This document shows positions 46,811 through 55,985 of a DNA stretch of 57,438 nt, in pieces. The position numbers and the translations under genes are program-made. The DNA comes from Bacteroidota bacterium. GTDB lineage: Bacteria > Bacteroidota > Bacteroidia > AKYH767-A > OLB10. The stretch's first letter is position 1, and the number at the start of each line of letters is the position of its first letter. The stretch lies in contig JBJTMY010000265.1 of NCBI GenBank assembly GCA_046073825.1, positions 1 to 57,438 of the forward strand, given 5' to 3'. The notes under the pieces are model-generated. The model searched no databases. It was not told the origin of the DNA and worked only from the letters and a program-made list of their open reading frames with translations.

Positions 46811-49745
46811 CTTTATCTATATTTAATCGCGGTAATATGACCGTCATTTTTGTTCCCTCGTTTACTTTCGACTCAACAGATATGCGACCACCTAATTTGT
46901 TTAATATTTCTTTTGTTATGTATAGTCCTAATCCAGTTCCCATACTTGAGCTTGTTCCTCTGTAGAACATATCAAATATTTTAGAAATACTTTTTTCTGC
47001 TATTCCCATTCCATTATCTTCTACTTCAATATGGAATTCGTTTCTACGATGACGCATTTTAAATTTCACAAATGAATTTTCAATAGATGTACGGCGATAT
47101 TTAACAGAATTTCCAATAATGTTCTTTAGCAATGCATTTAATCGCGCCTTATCTGATACAATGATAGATGGCTCTTCAATATCGATGAGGAACTCCATGG
47201 TTAATTCAGCAGAAAACTTCAAATCTTCAAAAATAGATTGCACTAATATTTTCAAATCAACTTCTTCTGGTTTGATATCCATTCGTGCATTACGAGAATA
47301 CTCTAATATTTCCTGAATACTACCATCTAATCGTACGGCAGTTGATTCTGCCATTTTCAGATAATCGACTGTCTTTTCGTTTACATCTTGCGAATTTATA
47401 ACCAATGATAGAATTCCTTTAATCGACAATAATGGAGAACGTAAATCGTGAGAGACACTGTATACAAAATTATCCAGCTCTGCATTAATTTTCTTTAACT
47501 CCTCATTCTTATGTATTACATCTTGTTGAATCTTCTTTAAATCAGTGATATCTATTCCAGAAATAACGACATATTCTACTTCCCCAATTTCGTTGCAATG
47601 TGGCAATATACTTCGAAAAATATATTGCATATCATTGAATTCATCCAATCTCTCATCCTCCATTTGAACTAGCTGATTTATTTTTATTGCATCATTAACA
47701 TAATTAATCAATGAATTAATACGATCTTTCTCATCAGGATTTTCGTCAATTAGGTTTTTGAGATTTTTCCCTTCAGAATTATTAAAATATTTTTCATTTT
47801 CAATCAACCTATTGTTTACCAAACCAATATTTAAATCAGGATAAATAACTGCTACCTCAGAAGGGGTCTGATTGATAATATTCTCATAAAACATTTTTAA
47901 TGTATTTACATGATTCAAAGACGCATCACGTTCTTTTAATGCTTTCTCTAAATTAACCTGTAAGTTTTTAACAGATGTAATATCAAGATAAATACTAATA
48001 AATCCTGTAATTTTATTATCTTGATTTAATACAGGAGCATTACTTACCAATAAGTGGATTAACTCATCTGAATTTTTTAAATAATCAATTTCAAATACTG
48101 ATTCCTCAATTCTTCTATACGATTGAATAATTCCTTTTTCTATTTTTGAATTGAGCTCTTCAATAATATTTTCAGTAGTTACAAGAGGACTTGGGTCTTT
48201 TAGCAAAGTTAAGTCGTGGAATTTTTTATTGCTAAATAATACTCTTCCATTCATATTGACCTCTACTAATCCAAGATTCATGTTGTCTATAATACCTCGG
48301 TATTTTTCTTCACTCGCTCTCAACTTTCTTTCCGCTTCTTTACTTTCAGTTACATCAACGGATGTCCCGATTAGACGTAATAAATTTCCTTGACTATTTC
48401 GTTCGCCTACTACTAAACACTTAAGCGTCCTAATAGATTGATCATTTTGTCGGATAATTCTAAATTCTTGCTCCATCAGTTCTTTTTGAGCATGCATGAA
48501 GGAATTGACTTCTCCAACAATTCGTTCTCTATCGTCCTCATGAATAGATCGCTGCCAAAAATCAAATAAGTTATCTCCAAACTCATTTTTACTAGTACCG
48601 TATTGTTCTATTAATACATCATTCCATATTAATCGATGATTATTTGGATCAAATTCCCAAATACCTATCATCGACTTGGTAGTAATTAATTCAAATCGTG
48701 AATTAATTCTTAATAGGTCCTTTTGATATTTGATTTCTGATGTAATATCTTTTTGAAGCGAAATAAAATTGATATGATTCCCTTGTTCATCAAACACTGG
48801 AGTAATCACTAATTGATTGTAGTATTTAGTACCATTTTTATGATAATTCGTTACGGTAACTTCTACGTTTTCTTTATTGGCCAGAGCTCTCGATAATGTT
48901 TGCTGTGTCTCGTTGTCAACATCTTCACGCTGTAAAAAGTCTTTTGGCTTTTTCCCTCTTACTTCTTCTAGGGTATATCCTGACATGCTAACGAAGGAAT
49001 CATTCACCCATTCAATTTTACCTTGACTATCAGTAATAACCACTCCATTTTTTGTTTTTGTAGCAATAAGTGATAATTTCTTTAATTCAATTTCGGAAGC
49101 AGATATTTTTTTAATCTGCTCTTTAATTTTATCACTTTTAATTCGGTTCGACATCAAGGCCTGTACTTGCTGCGAGAAGACACTAAAAATAGTCTCGTGC
49201 CTTGCTTGTAATTTCTGATACAAAGGAGCATTCTTAATTGAAATCAGTCCAGCAATATAAACGGTAAAACCTAACTCAGCATCATGGAATGCAGTAAAAA
49301 GCGCATCCGAAAAACGCCTCATGATTGGATATCCTCGTAAACTACTTTCTTCTAATATATGACTCTTGTTAAATCCAAGTATTTTTGAAGCTTCTTTTAA
49401 TTCACTTTGTAATAACTTGATTTCATCTGAAGAAATACTAAATCCCTCCGTCAAGAATATCGGGATATGTGGGTAAGACTTATCAAACTCCACAAACAAA
49501 ATCGAATTCTCCACTTCAAATACATCCACTACACTTTCTAAAATCAAACGATAATACGCTTCCTCATTATTGTCTCGAAGTGCTAATGAACTAAATTTAT
49601 TTAGTCTTTTATAAAGCTCTAACTCATGGTCTAAACGATCACGTGTATTGATGAGCTGTTGTTCAACAAAGGAAAAGCGAGTTACTCTTAATTGTAACTC
49701 GCGGTAGTCTTGCAATAACTTTTCAGGATCGTTTATTGGTTCCAT
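46788..49745 (-). CDS. Cytoplasmic multi-PAS sensor histidine kinase
   Basis: No obvious TM segment; N-terminal GAF-like region; several PAS/PAC repeats; SVSHDLRSPL H-box; DNGMGI, GTGLGL. Confidence 0.92.
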   Translation of the reverse strand: MEPINDPEKLLQDYRELQLRVTRFSFVEQQLINTRDRLDHELELYKRLNKFSSLALRDNNEEAYYRLILESVVDVFEVENSILFVEFDKSYPHIPIFLTEGFSISSDEIKLLQSELKEASKILGFNKSHILEESSLRGYPIMRRFSDALFTAFHDAELGFTVYIAGLISIKNAPLYQKLQARHETIFSVFSQQVQALMSNRIKSDKIKEQIKKISASEIELKKLSLIATKTKNGVVITDSQGKIEWVNDSFVSMSGYTLEEVRGKKPKDFLQREDVDNETQQTLSRALANKENVEVTVTNYHKNGTKYYNQLVITPVFDEQGNHINFISLQKDITSEIKYQKDLLRINSRFELITTKSMIGIWEFDPNNHRLIWNDVLIEQYGTSKNEFGDNLFDFWQRSIHEDDRERIVGEVNSFMHAQKELMEQEFRIIRQNDQSIRTLKCLVVGERNSQGNLLRLIGTSVDVTESKEAERKLRASEEKYRGIIDNMNLGLVEVNMNGRVLFSNKKFHDLTLLKDPSPLVTTENIIEELNSKIEKGIIQSYRRIEESVFEIDYLKNSDELIHLLVSNAPVLNQDNKITGFISIYLDITSVKNLQVNLEKALKERDASLNHVNTLKMFYENIINQTPSEVAVIYPDLNIGLVNNRLIENEKYFNNSEGKNLKNLIDENPDEKDRINSLINYVNDAIKINQLVQMEDERLDEFNDMQYIFRSILPHCNEIGEVEYVVISGIDITDLKKIQQDVIHKNEELKKINAELDNFVYSVSHDLRSPLLSIKGILSLVINSQDVNEKTVDYLKMAESTAVRLDGSIQEILEYSRNARMDIKPEEVDLKILVQSIFEDLKFSAELTMEFLIDIEEPSIIVSDKARLNALLKNIIGNSVKYRRTSIENSFVKFKMRHRRNEFHIEVEDNGMGIAEKSISKIFDMFYRGTSSSMGTGLGLYITKEILNKLGGRISVESKVNEGTKMTVILPRLNIDKDEKILIS

Positions 49746-49767
49746 TGAAAAATGAAAAATTAATTAA

Positions 49768-50952
49768 TTATCGATAAATAACATACAATGCAGAGGTATA
49801 GTTATGGTAGGTGTTTTTACCTCCTAATCGGGCAAATTCACCAAATCCATACATGCCTAACCATGGCGGACATACGCCATTTGTATAAAACGGGGTTTGC
49901 ATACTGCTAACTAATTCTTCTTTAATGATTCGATTAAATAAGAATCGACCACGAGCTAAACAATCTGCATGAAATACGGCAACTGGTTTTTTACCCGCTC
50001 CACGTTTTTGCATAGCATCGGCCATCTTATTCATTTCACTAAATATTAAATCTTCATCACGTACCGTTAACCAAAGTTGCGTACCTACAGGACAAGTAGT
50101 AGCATAATGCATTTTACTTCCGTCATGTTTGGTTACTACTCGTAAGATATGCTTGTTACCATATTCGGCAGCTAAGTCATCCGACAGTCGCTCTCCTAAG
50201 GCCCCAATAGGAATTGAATCTCCACATGTTGCATCTAACGGTAAGCCTAACCGAGTTAAATATTCTTCCCATGCTGGTTTACCATTTAACTCTTCAATAA
50301 TATGACCTGTTGATTTTGTTACTACCAACGGTTCTCCTACTGCTACAAATCCATGAGTGGCTTGTGTATCTACCGTCAACGTTGGATCCGCAAAGCCTAT
50401 TGCGTAAGCGCCATGTTCGTAAACATTATCATCTACCCCTTGATAACTAATAAATCCTTTCATATTGTCAGAGGATGTTGCACCAAAAATGGTTACTCCA
50501 TCTCCAAAGACTTCTTCAAAAGCACGAATACATTCATTGTTATCGATGTCTATTCCTGAACCCAAGAAATAGATCATGTTAATTCCAGGTTTATTTTCCT
50601 TCATTTGCTTGGCCATCTCTAAACATTTTTCATACGAATTATGTCCGTAAATACCATCAACACTAGCCATCGCAAATTCTTTTCCTTTAACAGCCATTAA
50701 AGCGATATCTTTCATAGATTCACTTACACCCTCACGTCCAACAATACCGCAACAAGAGGCAGCAACTATTCGAGCATTTGGAGCCATCTCTTTCGATTGC
50801 TGCAAGATATCATTGAAATCATGTCCGATGGAAGCATGCCAAATTAATAAATCTGCATCCTTGTATTGATGATCCATCGCGGCTTCGAGGCATTCCATAA
50901 CGCCTCTTTTTGTGTTAATAACGCGAGCACTCGCGGAGAAGAATTCAAGCAT
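49768..50952 (-). CDS. FIST (FIST_N plus FIST_C) signal-transduction protein
   Basis: IFGA..SD, HGF...G..L.VTK..G..I.ELNGKPA, DCLARG, GMYGFGEF, YHNYT. Confidence 0.88.
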   Translation of the reverse strand: MLEFFSASARVINTKRGVMECLEAAMDHQYKDADLLIWHASIGHDFNDILQQSKEMAPNARIVAASCCGIVGREGVSESMKDIALMAVKGKEFAMASVDGIYGHNSYEKCLEMAKQMKENKPGINMIYFLGSGIDIDNNECIRAFEEVFGDGVTIFGATSSDNMKGFISYQGVDDNVYEHGAYAIGFADPTLTVDTQATHGFVAVGEPLVVTKSTGHIIEELNGKPAWEEYLTRLGLPLDATCGDSIPIGALGERLSDDLAAEYGNKHILRVVTKHDGSKMHYATTCPVGTQLWLTVRDEDLIFSEMNKMADAMQKRGAGKKPVAVFHADCLARGRFLFNRIIKEELVSSMQTPFYTNGVCPPWLGMYGFGEFARLGGKNTYHNYTSALYVIYR

Positions 50953-51183
50953 AGTTGTATATGTTAAAAATGTTAAAAATCAATCTTGTTCTTCTTGTAA
51001 AAGTAATTTCCAATTTTAAGCTCCGTGCATGACCAAAATCAGTTGCAACCGTAAATAAAATCAGAAGCCTTCAATCAAGTTTAAATGTTAACGAATATAA
51101 TCATTTTAGGTTTCATTATATTCGAAGATATTTTAACTACTTTTTGGCTTTTGATATTTATCAATCATTTACCTTAGTCACCT

Positions 51184-51894
51184 ATGAAAATCAAATCCTT
51201 TTTCCTTCTCATAATGTTGATGATAGCTACAATAAGTGGCAAGTGTCAACGTGTTTTTATCTATGGAAAAGTAATCGATGAGGAATATCCTTCTTTACCG
51301 TTGCAACAGGTCATGGTTGTAAATCAACAATCACAAATGGGCATTTTTGGTGGCAATGATAATAGCTTTCAAATTCAGATGGATAAAAATGATACTATTA
51401 TCATTTCAGCATTAGGGTACGCACGCAAAATAATTGGTTTAAAAGACTCCATTGTTAATGGAGAAGCGCATATTATTATTGGACTACATCGCTTATCATA
51501 CGACCTATCTGAAATAACGGTAAGACGTCAACGTGAACTTCGACAAATTAGCGAAGACATTAAAAAATTGGGCTATAACAAAAGAGACTTTAAACTTACA
51601 AATGTGGATGCATGGCAAAGTCCTATTACTGCACTTTACCAAAGTTTTAGCAAGAAGGAACAAAATAAACGAGCGCTTGCACAAATGATAAATGATGATA
51701 ATCGAAGAGCAGTTTTGAAAGATTTACTTTATCTCTATAATCTTACTGAGTTAATCAGAATGCCCGAAAGTGAATACAACGATTTTATCGACTACCTAAA
51801 TGTTAATGATGAACAAATGCAATCGATGAATGATTATGATCTCGCTATTTTTATTCGTGATCGTTATTTAGTTTATATGAATCATAAACGATGA
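51184..51894 (+). CDS. Hypothetical secreted protein with an N-terminal carboxypeptidase-regulatory-like domain
   Basis: Signal peptide; IYGKVID...DTIIISALGY...LSEITV; SPITALYQSFSK. Confidence 0.75.
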   Translation: MKIKSFFLLIMLMIATISGKCQRVFIYGKVIDEEYPSLPLQQVMVVNQQSQMGIFGGNDNSFQIQMDKNDTIIISALGYARKIIGLKDSIVNGEAHIIIGLHRLSYDLSEITVRRQRELRQISEDIKKLGYNKRDFKLTNVDAWQSPITALYQSFSKKEQNKRALAQMINDDNRRAVLKDLLYLYNLTELIRMPESEYNDFIDYLNVNDEQMQSMNDYDLAIFIRDRYLVYMNHKR

Positions 51895-52057
51895 AATAAA
51901 CGTTTACATCCATTTAATTTTTCTTAATCGGATAATTCCTAATTCATTCATAGCTAAAGTTTTTACAAGTTTGTGTTTGTGATTAGGAGGTAATTCAGTC
52001 GCAACCTTGTTTGGTTTCGTTTCCAACTGCAATTATTCTTGCAAGAAAATTATTTGC

Positions 52058-54610
52058 ATGAGACGATTGCTTTTATGTTTAATGTTAGTCAATTTTAATT
52101 TTTCATTTGCACAAAGTTGGAAGTCTGTTAACTTCATGTTTGAACCTTCATCAAATATAAACTATAAAATAGGTCTTATTGATTTCAAAACGTTATACCT
52201 ACATCCAACAAAGAAAAATATTAGATATCTTTTATCATCTAAAGGCGGATTGTATATTTCTAAAGATGGTGGCGTAACTTGGATTTTATGTAAAGGTTCG
52301 AATCAGTTACCTGCATGTGAATTAACAAGCATTGTAGCAGATTCATACAATGAGAATATCTTATATCTCGGAACTAACAACAACAATAATTGTGGCGGTC
52401 TTTGGAAATCAAATAATGGCGGGAATACTTTCGTGCTTTTACAGAATTTTTTTCATTCAGTTAATGAGATTTCCATTTCACCAGTAAATCGATATCTATT
52501 GCATATCGCAACGACGGATGGACTTTACAAATCGCTGAATGGCGGAGTAACTTTATCAAAAATAAATTCTGTTCCATCTATAAACTTTTTTCATCTAAAA
52601 AGAAATACGAATATGTCGAGCCATTATGTTTATGCAACAAGTAATACTAACTTTTATTTTTCATCTGATGAAGGAACAACTTGGAATACTTCATTGTCGA
52701 TAAACACAGCTCTTTGCCATGAAATAGGTTTAATTAGTGCTGATAGCAATTGCATATACCTTTTTAATGGCAATCATAACGGAGAAGTATATGCGTCGTT
52801 TAATAAGGGAATTAGTTTTTCCATAATTAAAACCGATTCTGTTCCATCTTTAAATGGGATTAACCTTTCTGATACTTTGAATAATTCATTAAATAATGGA
52901 TTTATACTTCCTGAAATTACGAATTCAACTTCATTTTATTCAGGCAGTAAAATCATCTTAAATTACACTTACTTCACGGGTTTTACACCGATCATCCAAT
53001 ATCAAAAACAGTTACCTATCCTGATTCATGAAATTAAGTATTCAGATGTGGGGGACACCTTATTTGCGTGTACTTCGGGTGGATTATATTCGAGTTGGGA
53101 CAATGGTATTACCTGGAACTATGTAATGAATGGAGTACAGAACCTGGAAGGAGTATCAATGAATTTAGCGGAACAAGATTGGAAAATCTTTACAGCTAAC
53201 AACGGTATTTTTGAATTGATAGATGACACACTTAAATCAACTAATTCTGGTATAGTTAGTTTGGCTGATAGTATTTTTCAAGATGTAGTTGATACTAATT
53301 TATGGTTTAAGATTTCGAATGCTCATTCTATTTTCTATAAAAATAAAGCTAATACTTCTTGGGTAAATTTAAGTACTGGACTGCCTACTCGATGTAAAAT
53401 AAGTGATATAAAAGTCGATTTTCATAAATTGCCGAATTGCTTAGTAGCGCTTACGGAAGGATGCGGAATTTATTCTCTTTCGATTGATTCATTACGATCA
53501 TTGAAAGCAAATTTTGATGTTAGTCCGCACTATTTCTGCAAGAATGATAGGATTACTATATCAGATAAAAGTGTTGGAAAACCAGATAGCATTCATTGGG
53601 AAATTAATGGAGCAGCAATTATTTCATCCAACAATAATCAATTAACTATACAATTAAATAATTTGCAACAATTTTCTGTAAAACTAATCGCATATAAAAA
53701 CAATTTGAGTGATACTTGTATCTCCAATAAGAAATCTTTTTATTCCAATCAACTTTATAAAATTGACTCTGCCAATTATTTAGGAAATTTTTTCTCTGAT
53801 TCAATCATTCATTCATCAAACTCCAATTTTCAATGGATAGTTACTTATACTGATTCTATACATACTAACGCCTATGCATTTCCGAATTTTAATGTAAACG
53901 CAACGGGCAACAATGAAACACTTTTATCGTCCATTTTTATACTTCCTGATTCGACAAACGCAACTTTACGATTTGATTATGCTTATGCGAACTATAGTCG
54001 AGAATATTCCGACACATTAATTATCAAAGTACACTTACTCTGCTTAAATAAAGAAATAATACTGTTTCAAAAAGGAGGTTCAGAACTGCGAACCATCAAT
54101 GATTCACTCACCATTCCTTTTATTCCAAATGCTAACGAGTGGCGCAACGATTCACTTGATCTCGGAAGCTGTGTTGGAGCTGGTCCGATGCAAATCATTA
54201 TTGAGAATAAAGGTCACTATGGAAATAATTTATACCTCGACAATTTACAAATTGATAGCAATTATTTTCCTGCAACATTTCAGATAAATGTAAACTTTTT
54301 TATTGAAGGATATTATTGCGGTCAACAACGGATGCGCCCTGCGTTATACAATGCAGGAATAAGTAATAATGAAGATGAAACGGATAGTTTTCGATTACAA
54401 CTTTTGGATAAAATCGATCCTACTATTGTTAAATATGAAGTCGCAGGGATAGTTAAAACAGATGGGACTAGTCGAGTGAATATTCCGATAAATTATTGTT
54501 CGGATTCTTACTACCTGGGACTCATTACCCGCAACGGAATATCGGTTTATACCCAAGCACCAGTTTATCTTTCGCGCTGGGGATACCAGGAATGGGAACT
54601 GAGGTGGTAA
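52058..54610 (+). CDS. Secreted BNR/Asp-box beta-propeller protein with PKD-like and jelly-roll modules
   Basis: ATG 52058 gives signal peptide MRRLLLCLMLVNFNFSFAQ; SKDGGVTW, SNNGGNTF, SSDEGTTW, SWDNGITW; YGNNLYLDN. Confidence 0.8.
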   Translation: MRRLLLCLMLVNFNFSFAQSWKSVNFMFEPSSNINYKIGLIDFKTLYLHPTKKNIRYLLSSKGGLYISKDGGVTWILCKGSNQLPACELTSIVADSYNENILYLGTNNNNNCGGLWKSNNGGNTFVLLQNFFHSVNEISISPVNRYLLHIATTDGLYKSLNGGVTLSKINSVPSINFFHLKRNTNMSSHYVYATSNTNFYFSSDEGTTWNTSLSINTALCHEIGLISADSNCIYLFNGNHNGEVYASFNKGISFSIIKTDSVPSLNGINLSDTLNNSLNNGFILPEITNSTSFYSGSKIILNYTYFTGFTPIIQYQKQLPILIHEIKYSDVGDTLFACTSGGLYSSWDNGITWNYVMNGVQNLEGVSMNLAEQDWKIFTANNGIFELIDDTLKSTNSGIVSLADSIFQDVVDTNLWFKISNAHSIFYKNKANTSWVNLSTGLPTRCKISDIKVDFHKLPNCLVALTEGCGIYSLSIDSLRSLKANFDVSPHYFCKNDRITISDKSVGKPDSIHWEINGAAIISSNNNQLTIQLNNLQQFSVKLIAYKNNLSDTCISNKKSFYSNQLYKIDSANYLGNFFSDSIIHSSNSNFQWIVTYTDSIHTNAYAFPNFNVNATGNNETLLSSIFILPDSTNATLRFDYAYANYSREYSDTLIIKVHLLCLNKEIILFQKGGSELRTINDSLTIPFIPNANEWRNDSLDLGSCVGAGPMQIIIENKGHYGNNLYLDNLQIDSNYFPATFQINVNFFIEGYYCGQQRMRPALYNAGISNNEDETDSFRLQLLDKIDPTIVKYEVAGIVKTDGTSRVNIPINYCSDSYYLGLITRNGISVYTQAPVYLSRWGYQEWELRW

Positions 54611-54636
54611 GGCCCAATTTCGAGCTTTTTTCGCCC

Positions 54637-54702
54637 TAATCCCCAATTTTATAGGGTTTTTGGTGATTATAATCCCCAATAATATAGTATATTTGGGGAT
54701 TA
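54637..54702. promoter_or_regulatory. Two abutting 33-bp palindromic units overlapping the promoter and start codon
   Basis: TAATCCCCAA-N13-TTGGTGATTA (54637-54669) then TAATCCCCAA-N13-TTGGGGATTA (54670-54702); TATATTTG at 54688-54695. Confidence 0.8.
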
Positions 54703-55835
54703 TGATAAAAAGGACACTTTCAGAAGTTATTCAAAAAAGGTTTTTCAATGGGAAAGCCATCCTCTTATTGGGGCCTAGGCAGGTTGGTAAAACCACACTG
54801 ATTAATGAGTTAATCAACGAAAAAGAGTTCCTGTTTTTAAATGGAGATGACCCTTCCATTAGAAGCATGCTCGAAAATGTTAGCACTACCCAACTACAAT
54901 CAATAATCGGCAATTATAAAATTGTTTTTATTGACGAAGCCCAGCGGATTACTAATATTGGTTTAACATTAAAACTTATAACCGACCAATTTAAATCGGT
55001 GCAACTGTTAGTGAGTGGTTCTTCTTCATTTGAAATAAATAATAAAACACAAGAGCCATTAACAGGTAGAAAATTCGAATATCATTTATATCCTATCAGC
55101 TGGGAGGAATTTGAAACTAATATTGGGTATGTTCTAGCACAACAACAATTAGATGAAAGATTAATTTATGGGATGTACCCAGATGTAATTAATAATCGCA
55201 ATGATGCAAATGCGGTATTAAGAGAGCTCGCCACGAGTTATTTATATAAGGATGTCTTATCGCTCATTGGAATTAGAAAGCCAGAGATTATTGAAAAACT
55301 GCTTAAAGCATTGGCATTGCAGATTGGAAATGAAGTTTCATATAACGAATTATCTAATTTATTAGAAATCGATAAAGCAACAGTTGCCAAATATATTGAT
55401 CTACTACAAAAATCATTTATCCTATTTGAACTAACCAGTTTCAGTAGAAACCAACGCAATGAAATTAAAAATAACCGTAAGATTTATTTTTATGATAACG
55501 GCATTCGAAATATGATTATCAATAATCTTAATCCGATAGATGTGAGAAGTGATAAAGGTGCCTTATGGGAAAATTTTCTAATTGCTGAGCGAATTAAAAT
55601 TCAAAATTACCACGAGCATTTTTCAAATAATTATTTCTGGCGAACTATCCAACGACAAGAAATAGATTTTATCGAAGAGCGAAATGGAACAATAAGCGCT
55701 TTCGAATTCAAATGGAAAAGTGGTGGCAGAAATAAAATTCCTAAATCGTTCTTGGAAAATTATCAAGCAACTGGAAAGGTAATCGATAAAAACAATTTCA
55801 GGGAATTTATTTTACCTGGTGGTTTGATAAAATAA
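54702..55835 (+). CDS. AAA+ ATPase (AAA_14) with HTH-like region and DUF4143 C-terminal domain
   Basis: Walker A GPRQVGKT, Walker B VFIDEAQ, SGSS, LTGR, KIYFYDNG, EIDF...FEFKW. Confidence 0.93.
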   Translation: MIKRTLSEVIQKRFFNGKAILLLGPRQVGKTTLINELINEKEFLFLNGDDPSIRSMLENVSTTQLQSIIGNYKIVFIDEAQRITNIGLTLKLITDQFKSVQLLVSGSSSFEINNKTQEPLTGRKFEYHLYPISWEEFETNIGYVLAQQQLDERLIYGMYPDVINNRNDANAVLRELATSYLYKDVLSLIGIRKPEIIEKLLKALALQIGNEVSYNELSNLLEIDKATVAKYIDLLQKSFILFELTSFSRNQRNEIKNNRKIYFYDNGIRNMIINNLNPIDVRSDKGALWENFLIAERIKIQNYHEHFSNNYFWRTIQRQEIDFIEERNGTISAFEFKWKSGGRNKIPKSFLENYQATGKVIDKNNFREFILPGGLIK

Positions 55836-55853
55836 TTTCAATTCCGAATTTAA

Positions 55854-55880
55854 ATAGCGTAGGGTTTAAAACCGATGCTA
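55854..55880. repeat. Degenerate REP-like palindrome
   Basis: ATAGCGTAGGGTTTAAAACCGATGCTA, similar to the two intact copies. Confidence 0.5.
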
Positions 55881-55911
55881 AAATTGGTGCGATACAAATT
55901 CCAAATTTGAT

Positions 55912-55954
55912 TGAATAAAAACAGCGATAGGTTTAAACCCATCGCTGTTGAATA
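55912..55954. repeat. REP-like palindrome, copy 1
   Basis: TGAATAAA-AACAGCGATAGGTTTAAACCCATCGCTGTT-GAAT. Confidence 0.8.
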
Positions 55955-55985
55955 AAATTTCATAAATTAAAATCTTTTTTATCCT

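Noticed and set aside
50961-50980. ATGTTAAAA tandem 9-mer upstream of the FIST gene
   Set aside because: Two copies of an AT-rich 9-mer are plausible by chance or slippage, with no other support.
5050-54701. Longest-ORF starts at 5050, 5581, 21097, 22373, 30336, 32899, 34872, 45256, 52007 and 54660
   Set aside because: They overlap promoter boxes, hairpins or neighbouring genes; downstream ATGs give proper signal peptides or family N-termini.
972-55459. The many short (60-130 aa) alternative-frame and antisense ORFs in the track, e.g. 24132..24524, 25021..25305, 12820..13137, 30470..30748, 54395..54679
   Set aside because: They overlap well-supported genes, have no recognisable motifs and look like shadow ORFs.
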